From contig CM060732.1 in the NCBI GenBank assembly GCA_030704615.1, positions 74,710,001 through 74,774,000 on the forward strand: DNA of 64,000 bases, read 5' to 3'. Under the pieces are notes generated by a model, which ran no database searches, was not told the DNA's origin, and saw only the letters and a list, made by a program, of their open reading frames with translations. This DNA comes from Takakia lepidozioides (taxonomy: Eukaryota > Plantae > Bryophyta). The position numbers and the translations under genes were made by a program. Positions 40,355 through 52,600 of this stretch are shown here, in pieces. The first letter of the stretch is position 1. Each line of letters begins with the position of its first letter.

Positions 40355-42685
40355 CTTTCTCCCCTACTGCATAAAGAGACAACAGTGGTCAAAGAATATA
40401 CTTTGAGGCGATCTTAGTCGGCATACCGAATCATTAACCCTGAGTCAGACAGGTTTTCTAGAAAGCACAGACCATCCCAGACAACGAATCTAAGAGCTGG
40501 ACGAAAAAAGTGCAAGGGCGCTATAGTTGCAAGCCGATGCTAGCGGAGCTAAGATTTTAGCAACTAAACATCAATTATCAACCATCACAATCAAAACCCA
40601 CGACACTGTGAAACGAGACAAACAGGCTGGCACCAATCCAAGGACATTGTACATGCAATCAAAGCGTTCAATCTTTAAGCTACATTCAGTTCTATAACCC
40701 CTGGAGAGCATCACTCCGCCGGACACAGAGAAGATGAGCTCATTCCAGCACCCGAGCTCTCTTTCCGCGGAGCACCTTGGTGTTGAGCTGAGAAACGACT
40801 GCGGGCTGCAGGAAATGGACAAATAACTCCAACAAACAGAAACCAACTTGAAACGCGTGATCTTACCTGGTATGCACCCTCTCCGAAGCCTGCGGAATTG
40901 AATCTGCAGCGGCACTGCGCTGCGCTACACACCCACCGACGCCGAGCGCAGATCAGGCCAGCACGTCACAAGTCACAACTTCACAACGTCAGCTCCTCAG
41001 CCCTAAAACTAACCCTAAACTACCTTTTCGAAAACAAATTATTTTGTTTTTAACCCTGTTCATCAAATTAAAGAGAGGAAAGAATATAAGCAGCCGCTCC
41101 CAGGTTTCCTTTAAATAATAATAATAATAATTACTCTTGTAGACTGGTTTCAATTCTTTTTCTTTTTTCCTATCTCAAAAACTTTTATTTTTAAAAAAAA
41201 GTGTTTTTTACTGGCAGTTAAACAAACTTTACTTTACTTTTACTTGCTTTATGTTATTTACCGTATGTAATTGCTCATTCTAATAGGCATGACTCAGGCA
41301 CACCAATGACTGTATTGGGACCCCAAAAAAAAAAAAAAAAAAACTAAAATTCAACCTTCATACTCTTTAAGTTCATCAGCCATCCATACACAATGTGTGC
41401 AGAGTTGGAAGCCATGTAATAAAAATCTGCTTGAAGTTTTTTTATTTTGTCTGTTAAAACACATGGTGAGTCCGGGCAGCCGGCCCCTACATAGTTTATA
41501 GAACCTCACCGGACCGCAACTTGTGCAGGTTAAAATCGCTATCATCAACGCTGCGCAACTCAGACGCAGCCCCTAATTAGAAAGTTGATCGCACAATAGC
41601 AGCTAAACCGCATGTTCGCTCCTTGAGGAGTGGTGGCCTGATCGGCCTCATGCGTTACTTTCCTCTCCTCAGTAACAGTGAAAGTGTCACTTTTTTTGGC
41701 AGACCTACCAAACCTTGCTTTAGACGCTATAATAACGACCTCGGAGCATCGGAGAGATAAGACACAAAAACCATGCCCCAACGGTGCACATTACAATCCA
41801 CATGGATGAACCATACAAACTTATTCCTACCTACCAGATGCACAAGCCCCCCAAATTTGGGGAGATTCCACCGTGTAGTTTGGGAGATTATAACATTTGA
41901 AGATGGTGCATTTTTTGGAAAATAGGAAAATAAAATAAAATAAAATAAAATAAATCATATTTGACCAAGCAAAAAATCCATGATCCCAAATTTTCCTGGG
42001 AGAAAAAGTGCTATATTCTAGTGAAGTGCAGAAACCCAAACCCTCACACCAAATTTCACCCCAATCTGCCAAAATGAAGGAGGGGGTGCTTTGTATGTGA
42101 CTGGAATGGGGGTCCAAAAAGAGAATTTGCAGAGGAAATGTTAGAGGTCCCATTAGGAATTCCAATGGTCAGTACCTCATACTATGCCAAGAACTACACA
42201 AGCCTGCCCAAGAGTTTCCCAAAAATTCCCTAAATTCCATTTGGATGTGGGATTTTGTGAAATTTTCCGGTCAGGCAATCGCTGGCCGGAATTTTGACTG
42301 AATCCGGCGACGTTTTCCGGGTCACGTCGACGTTTCCCAATATTTGCCAGGGCCAGCTCATTTGAGCCGTCCCGGTGTTCCTCGGCATTTTGGGGAGGGC
42401 CTCATAAGCACCCGACTCCAATTGTCGGGTTCCTTCTTCGAGGACTCGTCAACTACCACCAAACACGGTGAAAACAGCAGACAGGGGACAAGCACAACAA
42501 GCAAGCTTACACATTGAACTGAGGGGGAGTCGAACCCCCCGATCTGTCCTCATATGCAGACAATTCCCCCCCGCACCCCCCACCCAACACACACACACAC
42601 ACCCACTGATCTATCCGCCATGTCGTGAGGCCAGCGTAGCAGCATCAAACACCTGTAGATGCGGTTCCCACCTACACCTACACAC

Positions 42686-44933
42686 TCATCGACCCCGGAG
42701 TTGATGTGCCTCACGCCAACAATTGCCAAGACACAGGAATGCATCCTCGTATTGGGGACAGCAATAGTAGGTACGCTGCCCACAGCGGATGCACACACGA
42801 CGAAGCGAGCTGTGCAACGATGAATGCCAGCGGGAAGGCTCTGTCGCCAACACGGACGCATGAACCGGGCGCACAGGTAGCCTGGCAAGAGCTCTAAGAG
42901 CGTGTGCCAAGGCCAGCGAGAACTCCAGATGGGTCATCCCATGCAACCCCCTCGCTCGCATGTGATGGACATGCAAGATGTAAGAATTGACAATCGTGGT
43001 GTCCACAAGGAAAAAAAAACACTTTATGCCACCATTTGTGAGTCTTCAGCTGCATGCTATATGCAACTCGCATCTGGTCCTGTACATCTACACCACACAT
43101 GTAAGTTTGGTATCGAACATGCATTGGAACAGAAGGCACCTGCACCCTGGCATTCCCCACAAATCTTCGCACCATCACAGGTGAATTTGGGCCAGATGCT
43201 GGTCAAGATGCAGATGGCACCATGAACACGTCTTTCTTATCCTACCACAAACAAGCAGCAACTTGTCGGCTGCGGTGCATATGCCACCATGTGTCCCCTT
43301 GCTTAGTAATCTTGGACTTGGACAATTGCGTCAAAGAAGGGGCAATCCCTTTCTATTGACCCTGACAGTGTCAGTGGCCCATGTCCCAAGCAAAGCCATG
43401 TCATACAACAACCTTGGTGATGTGAAGTAATTGTCAGTCACCACCACATGGCCGAGTCCATGCAATGGAGACACTATCCTCATGACCACATTATATCCTT
43501 CATTTTTGCCAGACTTCTCCCTCATGCCCTCAGGGCCCCCATTCTTGCCACAGTAGACATCAAAATCATACACATAGCTACTGACTGCATCTACAAGGGC
43601 CCACACTTTAATGCCCCACTTGCATGGCTTTCTAGGCATATACTTTCGTATAGCACAATACTAATTACCTTTGTACCTTATCATAATTTCATCAACTGTC
43701 AGCAATTTGTGCAGGTTCCAATGCCGTTTGCAAGCACTGGCAATGTCTTCACAGGCCCATCTTACTTTCCCAATTTTGTCAAACGCAGGACTGCTACGAT
43801 CAGACACCAGCGTCGAGTTATCCACCAAATGCAAGCAACGCAAAATTGCTTCATAACGATCTCTTGTCGTGACCTTCTTAATCATAGAGCATGCAAAGAA
43901 TACCTCACTCTGCTGCCAGTAGCAGTGGCTGTTTGGCAGCCTTCTTATCCCCATGAACAAACACACACCAAGCCAGGCCAGCACCTCTGGCACAACCAAT
44001 GGGCTCCACGAAGCACCACCTCGAGTTCCAGACGTCACTCTCTCCACCGAGTAATGATTGGTCTCCTGAAAAATTCGCAGCAGGGTTGCGGGGGACCAGA
44101 ATAACTTGAAAAACAATTCCATAGGGGAACAATTCCCAAAAATCTGTTGTGCAGCATAGGCCCACGTGGCGGACCAGTGGAGAATCTCTCTATCACTGCA
44201 GAAGGTAGTTTCAACTTTGCACTCCTAATTCGTAGGAGCGAACAAAGCGGCAAAGGCCTCTTCACTCACCTCCTCCACGTCCTCCAAAGGCCCATTACTC
44301 TCCCAGTCCATTTCCTCACATGAATCGCCCTCATATCCCTCCCTAGGAACCATCTCCACATCCCCATTTTCACAATCCAACAAGTCTAAACCACTAGCAT
44401 CCAAATTGGGCCCCGCATGAGAAGAGCCCTGCAAATTCAAAGACAACGCACGCAGGGAGACCTGCAGGAGTTAGCGGCAAACACACAGTCACCCGCGGTG
44501 AATTGCAATTGTGTGCTACCGCCCCAGTGCACCCCGCATCACTTCTTCTCCTCACACTCTTCTCCTCACATGTGGTCGATGAGGAGGCGAATTGTCCTTG
44601 CCCGCAGGCCTTTCCCACTTCTGGCGCGGTGCATCCCTCATTTGTTTCACTGTCCTCATCTGGCCAGATATCCTCTCTGAGCACAACATTCACAACCTCA
44701 CTAAAGCCCTCTTTATCACATTCTTCCCTTCTCTCTTTCCACCCCAAAATCAAACTAACATGCCTTCTAAACGCAAAGCAAAAATTCACATGACGCGGAA
44801 TATGCTTCGGCCACCGCTGCGCGCGCAGAGGCAGAGGCAAAGAAAGCAAGTACTCCTCACACATCAGACCCAAAATGTCCCTCAATTGCCCATCAGTACA
44901 GTGCTGCTCAATCAACACCCACTGAGTGAGCAA
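42686..44933 (-). mobile_element. Decayed piggyBac-family (PGBD-like, DDE_Tnp_1_7) transposase
   Basis: Frameshifted segments FFKLFWS..IFQETNHY, TRDRYEAILRCLHL, LTVDEIMIRYKG, YMPRKPCKWGIKVW, VVTDNYFTS, YQTYMCGVDVQDQM, KWWHKVFF and a C-terminal Cys-rich tail CIRCGQRTYYCCPQ..LCLGNCWREAH. TIRs and TTAA TSD not identified. Confidence 0.88.
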
Positions 44934-44943
44934 ATCAACAACC

Positions 44944-44945
<2 letters not shown>

Positions 44946-44977
<32 letters not shown>
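44946..44977. repeat. (GA)n microsatellite
   Basis: Direct reading. Confidence 0.9.
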
Positions 44978-44980
<3 letters not shown>

Positions 44981-45389
44981 CTCCGGCCGAAGCCGGCGTA
45001 ACTAAGAGCCATTTCGTCTCACGGCTACTACCCCCTTTCGAGAGTGGGCCCTATAAAGAAACAGGTGTCCATGGGACACCGGGTAACCAGGGGGAAGTGG
45101 TAGATAGGATAGCGGTGCCTAGGGTACCGAGGGTACTATGGGGTACCGAAGAGGGATTAGACTCGAGTTGCCACTTATCGTTAATGATAGTTGTTAGGGA
45201 GCGAAGCGCATTGAGGTGAATAGCCTTAAAGCATTTGTGGATCGGGGGGATAGGAATTTTAAGATTATTGTGTAACGCATTTATACTGGCAGTATGAATA
45301 CCACCTCTAGTTCCGGCTGTGATGACCGAAAGGGGGCCGGTGCGCCAACCACGCTGTGCAGGGTGAATGAGGACAGATACACAGGAGGC

Positions 45390-46440
45390 TTACGTTGGTG
45401 TCCCATGTATGGAGCGTAGCAAAATTTGAGTGTTTGTCGGATTTGCGTGTCAGTGGCAGTCTTGGTGCACTGCCAGAAGTAGTTTGATAACTTATGGTGA
45501 AGAACTGTAGATTGTGTCCATTTTTGGATATGGGCTTTGGTGTGGCTGGTAGATGCTAAGGTTTGTTTGTTTGCTTCTCGTATGAGAATGGTTTGCAGAT
45601 GACGTATAGGCTTGGTGGTTGGGGGTTCTGGTACTGGATGAATTAGCCAGAATGGGTGGGTATGAGCAATATGGATGGGGTCGGCCGTGGGATCCAGTGG
45701 GGGTTTGGCAGCCCCCGACTGGGCGAGGAGGTATGTCTTATCATTGCCGGTGATACCCGTATGGGAGCGAACTTTGATAAAATGTATGGGGTAACCGCAC
45801 GGTTGATGATATCTGTGATGAGGTTTCGATCGGGGTGATGAGGTGGCAGGAGTGGCTGGAGAGGTGGTTGCGAAGAAGAAATAGTGAGGTAAGGCTGTCT
45901 GTGAAAATGTAGTATGGGGTGGGGGAGGGTAGCTGGGAGAGTGCTTCAAAGATTGCCATAAGCTCAGCGCGTAATATAGTGGTTGGGCCTAGAAGTCTAA
46001 GAGTCACGACCCCTTGGTTATTAGCAGCATGATAAATGTCATAGCCGGCGTTAGGCTTGCATTAGAGCCGGATTGGGAGCCGTTTGTATAGTGGAAGTGG
46101 GAGGGAGGGAATTTGAGCGGCATGCGTTGATGGGAGATCGGTGGATCAGGAGAAGGGTGCGAGAGGGGCAGGAGAATGGCACCGTAACGCCCTTATCCAG
46201 GCCTTGCTTCGGTTGACTCATGGAAACAGGTAGGGTGAGGAGCTAGGTGGACTGAATGGGTGGGGATGTGTGGTGGGGGTAATGGAAACTTTCATCCCCT
46301 ATGTGCGTACGAGTAAGTGGTGTAAGGTAAAGGGGAGGCTAATGGGCATGGAGATAGGAGAGGTGTTGGACAAGCAATAATGACGTAATCGTGGATTCCA
46401 AACGTCGGAGGTATTTAGGGGAGGGGGGGATGTACTCGTA
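45390..46440 (-). mobile_element. Non-LTR retrotransposon fragment with RNase H domain (pseudogenised)
   Basis: HYTNGS (degenerate YTDGS, ~46080-46095), TILRAELMAI, YIFTDSLTSL, FIKVRSHTGITGND, followed by LSNYFW and QIRQTLKF; similar G-rich sequence resumes at about 55160-55420. Confidence 0.8.
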
Positions 46441-48504
46441 TAGTAGCTGGCACGGGAGGGGGGTCACTATATGTATTTTTTCCATATCACGTGCGTACAA
46501 AGGTATATTTATACTAGGCTATATTTTTAAAATTTTGCATTTTTTTCCACCTTATCTTTAGGTAATATTGTAAAACCCTTTGTTTTTTCTAACACCCTAT
46601 TTTTTATAATTATTTTTTTGTAACAATTAATTAGACCATATTTTAAATTGTCCTTTTGAATAATTACAAAATTTCAAAGCATGTACACAAACAAATACAT
46701 TCCATATAACATAAGTCAAATGTCGGACCCAAGAAAAAGTTTAATTTTCATTAGCCACGAACTCATTCAAAGCCGCAGCATCACTTGTGACATGGTTTTA
46801 GTCATGGTTATCTAGAATTACCTACTTCTAGTTAACTAGGACATTTTAGATATTTATATTTATATTTTGTGTGTTGGGACTTCATTTGGTCTCACATGCC
46901 AAGTGAGGTGTCAAGCCTCACTTGAGACATGGAGATAGGTTTTCCCCTTGTGAGTGTTGAGGAGGCTCATCTTCTTGTAGTTGAGCCTTCATGAGCTTCT
47001 CTCACCTCCATAGCTCTAGGTATTGAGAGGGAGTGTGTTGAGGGCTTTGTAGGGTGATTCCTTTAGCAAAGGTGCCCTTGGCTTGACTTAGTTTATGTGA
47101 TATAGTGGATTTCACTTGGAAGGACTAGGGCTTGTTCTTCATGTGATTGCTTCATGCTTTGAGAGCTTTCATTGTCTTCTACTTCTCTCATTTCTCATCT
47201 CTTATCACTACAAGAAGATCACCTTATGCTTGTGAGTGCGGAGTGTAAGGATTAGTTTTGCACTTGTATTTTAAAGAGGTTGAGAGCTAGGAGAATTTAG
47301 CTCTTGTATCACAAGGCTTGCAAGGGGTTGCAAGGAAAGGTGCTCGAGTATTGCATGTACCAAGGAGTTGGAGAGCTTGAGAAGAAAGCTCTTGAGTCAC
47401 AAGATTTTGCAAGGATTGTAAGGAGGAAGTCTTGTGTGTGTGGAAGCATGGATTCTAGGGTTTGAGAATCCTTTGTATGCATATGGAGTCGATGGTGTGC
47501 GCCATGGCTTGTGGAGAGTGACTAAAGGTTTGTTAATGCTCATTTCACTATTAAGCAAGTTCAAAGTGTGGATGTTGTGGAAGAGAAGCCAATGAGCTAT
47601 ATATGCTTGGGCTTGAAGACAACAAGGGCAAGCACTTGTAGAGCACTAAGAAGCTCAAGAGGTTTTGAAAGGGAGCATGTGAAGAAATCTTCCAATCATG
47701 GTGGTGTGGAGCCAAGCTTAGGGTGCCATTGGAAGGGCTTGGAGAACATGTGGTGGGAAATCCTTGAAGGGAAATCATCATTCAATGTATGCATAGCTTC
47801 ACCCTAACTATGTAATGTGACAAGAGGGGAAGACAATACTTGGCTATTCATGCTCTTGGTAGTGCGAGCTTTGTGGTGGATAGTTGACCAAGCAAGTGGT
47901 GCATGTGTGGAGCATGCTTGCTTGAGTTTGTAAGTTCAAGTTTGAGAAGGGGAGCTCTTGAACTAGCAAGAGGTGAAGGCCGTTGAGATCCATTTATGTG
48001 TGAAGTGGAGAGGTGTTGATTTATGTTATGATGAAGGAGAGCAACACATAGGCCAAGAGGTCATGGAACATGCATTCAAATGACCACGGGGAGCACATGG
48101 ATGATGGATTGGTGCAAGACCCCAAATGAGGCATATGGCGTGAGAGTGGGATCCAAGGCGGATTGCTTGGGAGCATTATTGTAAGTGACAAGTATTGCTC
48201 CTACACATTGAGATAATTTGTGTTGATTTGGAGCAATTGTCAAGTGATGAGGAGACAAATGCATGATTGCTCGTCAATGGAGATATGGTAGTTTGCAATC
48301 AAATCCCAAGGACTAGAAGGGGGATTGATTTGGTGGACAATGACTTGCAAGTTGAGTTGGACCACTCTTGGTTGCACATTGGGGTGGAAGAGAGCAAAAA
48401 GATGTCTCTTATGACCACCTAGAGACCATATTTTTGCTTGAGTAGAAGTATAGAAGTCGAGGACTTGCATTCTAGCTCTTCATTACAAACCCTAGTAGTG
48501 TATG

Positions 48505-48900
48505 CTCAGACTATACCTCTGTTAGTATACCAAACAGGAGCTTGTCCCTTTGACTATACCTCTGTTGAGGTATCACCATATGTGAACCCTAATGTGAGAC
48601 TATACCTCTGTTAGTATACCAAATAAGAGCTTGTCCATTTTACTATACCTCTATTGAGGTATCACCATATGTGAACCCTAATCAGCTCAGACTATACCTC
48701 TGTTAGTATACCAAATAGGAGCTTGTCCCTTTTACTATACCTCTGTTGAGGTATCACCATATGTGGACCCTAATCAGCTCAGACTATACCTCTGTTAGTA
48801 TACCAAACAGAACCCTCATTTTCAGACTATACCTCTGTAAAGGTATCATCAACATAAGGGACCCTAGCAACCTAGACTATACCTCTGTTAAGGTATCAAC
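48505..48900 (+). repeat. Tandem array, ~90-bp unit with nine CTATACCTCT core copies
   Basis: Cores at about 48511, 48554, 48600, 48643, 48692, 48735, 48784, 48827, 48877; upstream of the Gypsy gag. Confidence 0.9.
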
Positions 48901-48929
48901 AGTGAAAGGACTTAGTGAAATTTAAGGGT

Positions 48930-49100
48930 CTTTGGAGGATTGTTTGGAAGATATTTGAGGGCCCTTGGAGGAGTATTTGGAGGATATTTGGGGTCCTTGG
49001 AGGAGTGTTTGGAGGATCTTTGGGGTCCTTGGAGGACCCTTCGAGGAGTTTTGGTGGACAATGTTGAAGAGCTCTTGAAGGATTGATTGAGGGATATTGA
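48930..49100 (+). repeat. Degenerate TTGGAGGA-rich tandem repeat (~33-bp unit)
   Basis: Repeated ttggaggatatttggggtccttggaggagt-type units. Confidence 0.75.
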
Positions 49101-49630
49101 AGGATACTTGCCACGGCCATACAAGCGAGTGGATAGAGACAGGAGGGAGAGTGGTGGGATGAGAGCATTCTGGGGTTAGGAATTGCTTTAGTTTCTCTTC
49201 TCCATAGTCTTTCACCCTCTCTGTAGACCAAAACCTTTCCGTAGGTGGAGGCAAGAGTCAGTCCGGGTTTGGGCTGGGGTGTCCTTGCAGGAGCGACACT
49301 GTGGAGTGTTTCTGGTGTGGGGGAGTTGCTGTCTTGATTTTCTTGTGTTTGGATCCCCTCCACACCTACATGCTTGACTGTGCGCCATGTTAGCTTTGTG
49401 TGGGCACTTGTTTTCATAGGAGGTTGGTCCGGATTTGATCACCGGCCAATCCTAGAGTATGCTGTCGGTGGTGAGGCTGGAGTGATGACCAACAAGACCA
49501 CCAGTGTTTCTTCTATGGTGAGGCTGGGTTGATGACCAGCAGACCATAGGAGTGCTTGCGGTGGATGCAGGTACAGGTACAGGTCTACGTTAGAAACCAA
49601 TTATTCCTGCTTGAACCAGTAGCCGCAACA

Positions 49631-52600
49631 GGTTCTTTACCCGGTTACCTTGTAGAAAGTGGGGATTAGAGACAGGTTGACAACCGGTTGGGTTGTGAGT
49701 TTTCATCACGGAGGTGCCACCAGCTGCTGAGGGGAGTGCCGGTATGAGCACCAGCGATACTAGTGGGTACACAAGACAAAGTGTGCGGTTTAGGCCACTT
49801 TCACCTTCAGTGTCTTCTGAGGAAGGTTCAGACTCGGAGTCAGGAGGATTCTCGCCGAGGGTGCAAGTAATTTCCGTGCCATTGTTGTGGGACACGATGG
49901 AGGAGATGTATGGAGCTACCAAGGGGCCACGTAGGTACTCTGGAGCTGTGGGCACCATCGAGCTTGATGACTTTATACAAGAGTTTGACAGTTGGTGTGA
50001 TTTGCAGCAAACGCGCAATCCACAACTGTTTACGCCCTTTATGGCGTGGAAGGGGCTATTCCAGCACCTTGAGGGGCCGCCCATGGATGATTACCATGAA
50101 TTTAGGCGAGGACATATGGTGGAGATTGAGGAGTGGCGAGAGTATTGGTCACCTAACTATATCTCAATCACTAGAGGCACAAAGGCAGCGGTGACACCAG
50201 CAGCTACACAAACATCTCCAACTACAAGCACTAGTAGTGGAACAAGTAGTGCCAGTACTTCTGCAGGTGGTACCAGTTCAAAAGGTGCTACTACTCCTCC
50301 TGCCACGACTACAACACATGTGCCTAGATTCAACCCGGTGGTGGAGTTCTTCCAGGAGTTGCGGAGGAACTACCAAGGTGTACGGACAAAGAAACTGCGA
50401 AGTTTGCAAGACTTCCAGCGCAAATCCAGTAAGAGCTTGTGAGAGGCCTACACTCGTATGAGGCGCTTGATAAGTGTGAACCAAGGGGTTACTGAAGCTC
50501 AGGCAGTCCGGTTCTGGTATGGAATTTTGGACAAGGAGCTCAGGAGAAGGGTGCAGGATGCATCCCTGTTACAAGCGGCCCAACTCACATTAGCGGATGT
50601 GTTTCTGCTGGCTGAGCGGATTGAGCTCAATATGGTGGAGGAGCGAGTTGTTACCATTGGATTTGGCAAGGACATGCCTGCACGAGGCGCAGCTGCCAGC
50701 CAACAGGTACAAGGGACTGCCCAACAGCGTGGTCAGGGGGGCAAGGTTGTCCAACTCAAATTCCATGGAGCTTACAGGGGACCTCAGGTGCAGAGGCCAG
50801 TAACAGCAACCAGGGGTGGTATGTTGGACATGTGGAGGACCCCATGTCAAGAAAGATTGCCCAGAAAGTGGCAAATGGAGCCTTATCCCTTCCAGATACA
50901 GATATCTTTGGGAGGATCAGAGCAGGCTCGGGGCATGACACGGCGTGAATTGGCCATTATACTACAGCCGGATCATCCTATAGATGGCTTAGTGATGCGA
51001 GCCAAGGCCATTGTGCAAAACGCGGTCTCTTACGATGTCCTCGTTGGTGGGGCAGTGTTGTATCCCATGGGCTTTACCCTGGATTTTTGGGAGGAGTCAG
51101 CATCCTCAGGCCTGGATGGCAGTCAGGGGATGGTCATCGTATACAGCTCCCTGTGACTTTCATTGGGGGTGTTGCTGCTGCCCAACGGGGCAAGATGCCA
51201 ACACTAGCAGCCTTCACAACTGCAGTTAGTTGGCCTGGAGAGTTGTTGGAGGGCAATGCCCATGCAGAGGATGTGTCACCTCCAGCAGAGCAGGATGACA
51301 TGCATGGTATGGCGGAGTTGCCTGCCATGGTTGCTCACACTCCATTGTGGGGTACGAGCAAGGATTTGCAGCAGGCTACTGATAGACGGGTGCAACAAGC
51401 CTAGGTAGAGGCCTTTGTACCGTCAAGAGAGGAGGAGAGTGCGGTGATTGCACCAGGACCACCTCAGTTGTCGCCATTGGACACCACACCTCTTGTGTGG
51501 CAGTGCCTGGATGAAGGCATATGTCTTCTGGACTTGTTTGGCGGGATTAGCAGTGGATTGGCTGGAGTGCTGCAGGCGGGTGTACGAGTTCGACGTTATC
51601 TATATGTGGAGAGGGATGAGACTGCACGACGCGTCTCACTGCGCCATGTTGCTCAGTTGGTGCAGCAGTACCCTGATTTGTTGCCAGTGTCTGCAGTTCG
51701 TGGATACCAACAAGCCTTGCCAGCAGACATCTCCTTGCTAGGGGCGCATGATTTGGAGCGGATTGGCCCTGCCAAGGGCTTTCATCAGCTGGGTATGGCA
51801 ATGGGTTACAAGACTTAAGGTCACGCCTGTTTTGGGAGATGTTGAGGGTCCTGCGCTATTTACAGCTTCAGCAGATAGACTCTCCGGCATATATCTTGGA
51901 GAATGTGCCATTGATGGGTGATTCTCGGGCCAAGGTGATGGCCAGTGTACATCAAGTGCGGTCTTGGCTTGGGTCAGCAGTGTTGCTGGATGCAGCTGCA
52001 GTGGGGTCACGGGCTTATCGCCCACGACTATGGTGGACCAACTTGATGCCACCTGCATTGCTCAAGCGTGCATTTGATGGGGGTGCAACGGCCACCAAAC
52101 CTGACGAAGGATAGCAATTTGGACATAGGGAGGCAGTCTAAGCGTGTGAGACACGATGACCGATCACCTTTGGCAGTGGTCAATAAGGTGGGCCACCCAC
52201 GAGCAACATTGCCTACACTGCTCAGCTTTCCAGGATCTCATGCTTTCCGGGATGGTGGACCTGGCCTCTTGTGGGATAGCCAGTTGCAGCAGTTAGTGGA
52301 GCCCAATGCTGACGAGCACGAGCGGGCAATGGGTTTCACCAATGGTACCACGGCGGTGCCATCTTTTTCTGAGGCATCACGTCGTCAGGTGTTGGGGCAA
52401 ACAATGGATCTCAATTGCTTGACCTGGATTATCAGCTTGGCTATGGCTGAGCAGCACAGAGTACAGAGTATACTTCCCTTGATGGTCTCCCTGCCTACTG
52501 AGACGGTACAGGCAGCGAGTGGGGGCGAACAGGTGAGGACCACGAGGTGCAGGCCGCATCCATGGCACACGTGGGAGGTGCTCGAGGTTCAAAAGGAGTT

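Noticed and set aside
42510-42545. B-box-like GGTTCGACTCC on the minus strand
   Set aside because: No A box or cloverleaf; not callable as a tRNA or SINE.
41050-45230. Candidate piggyBac termini (TTAACCC at 41050; TTAA at 45181 and 45225)
   Set aside because: No matching inverted repeat pair could be found.
48505-48900. CRISPR-like repeat/spacer appearance
   Set aside because: The intervening sequences are themselves repeated, there are no cas genes and the context is eukaryotic; it is a tandem repeat.
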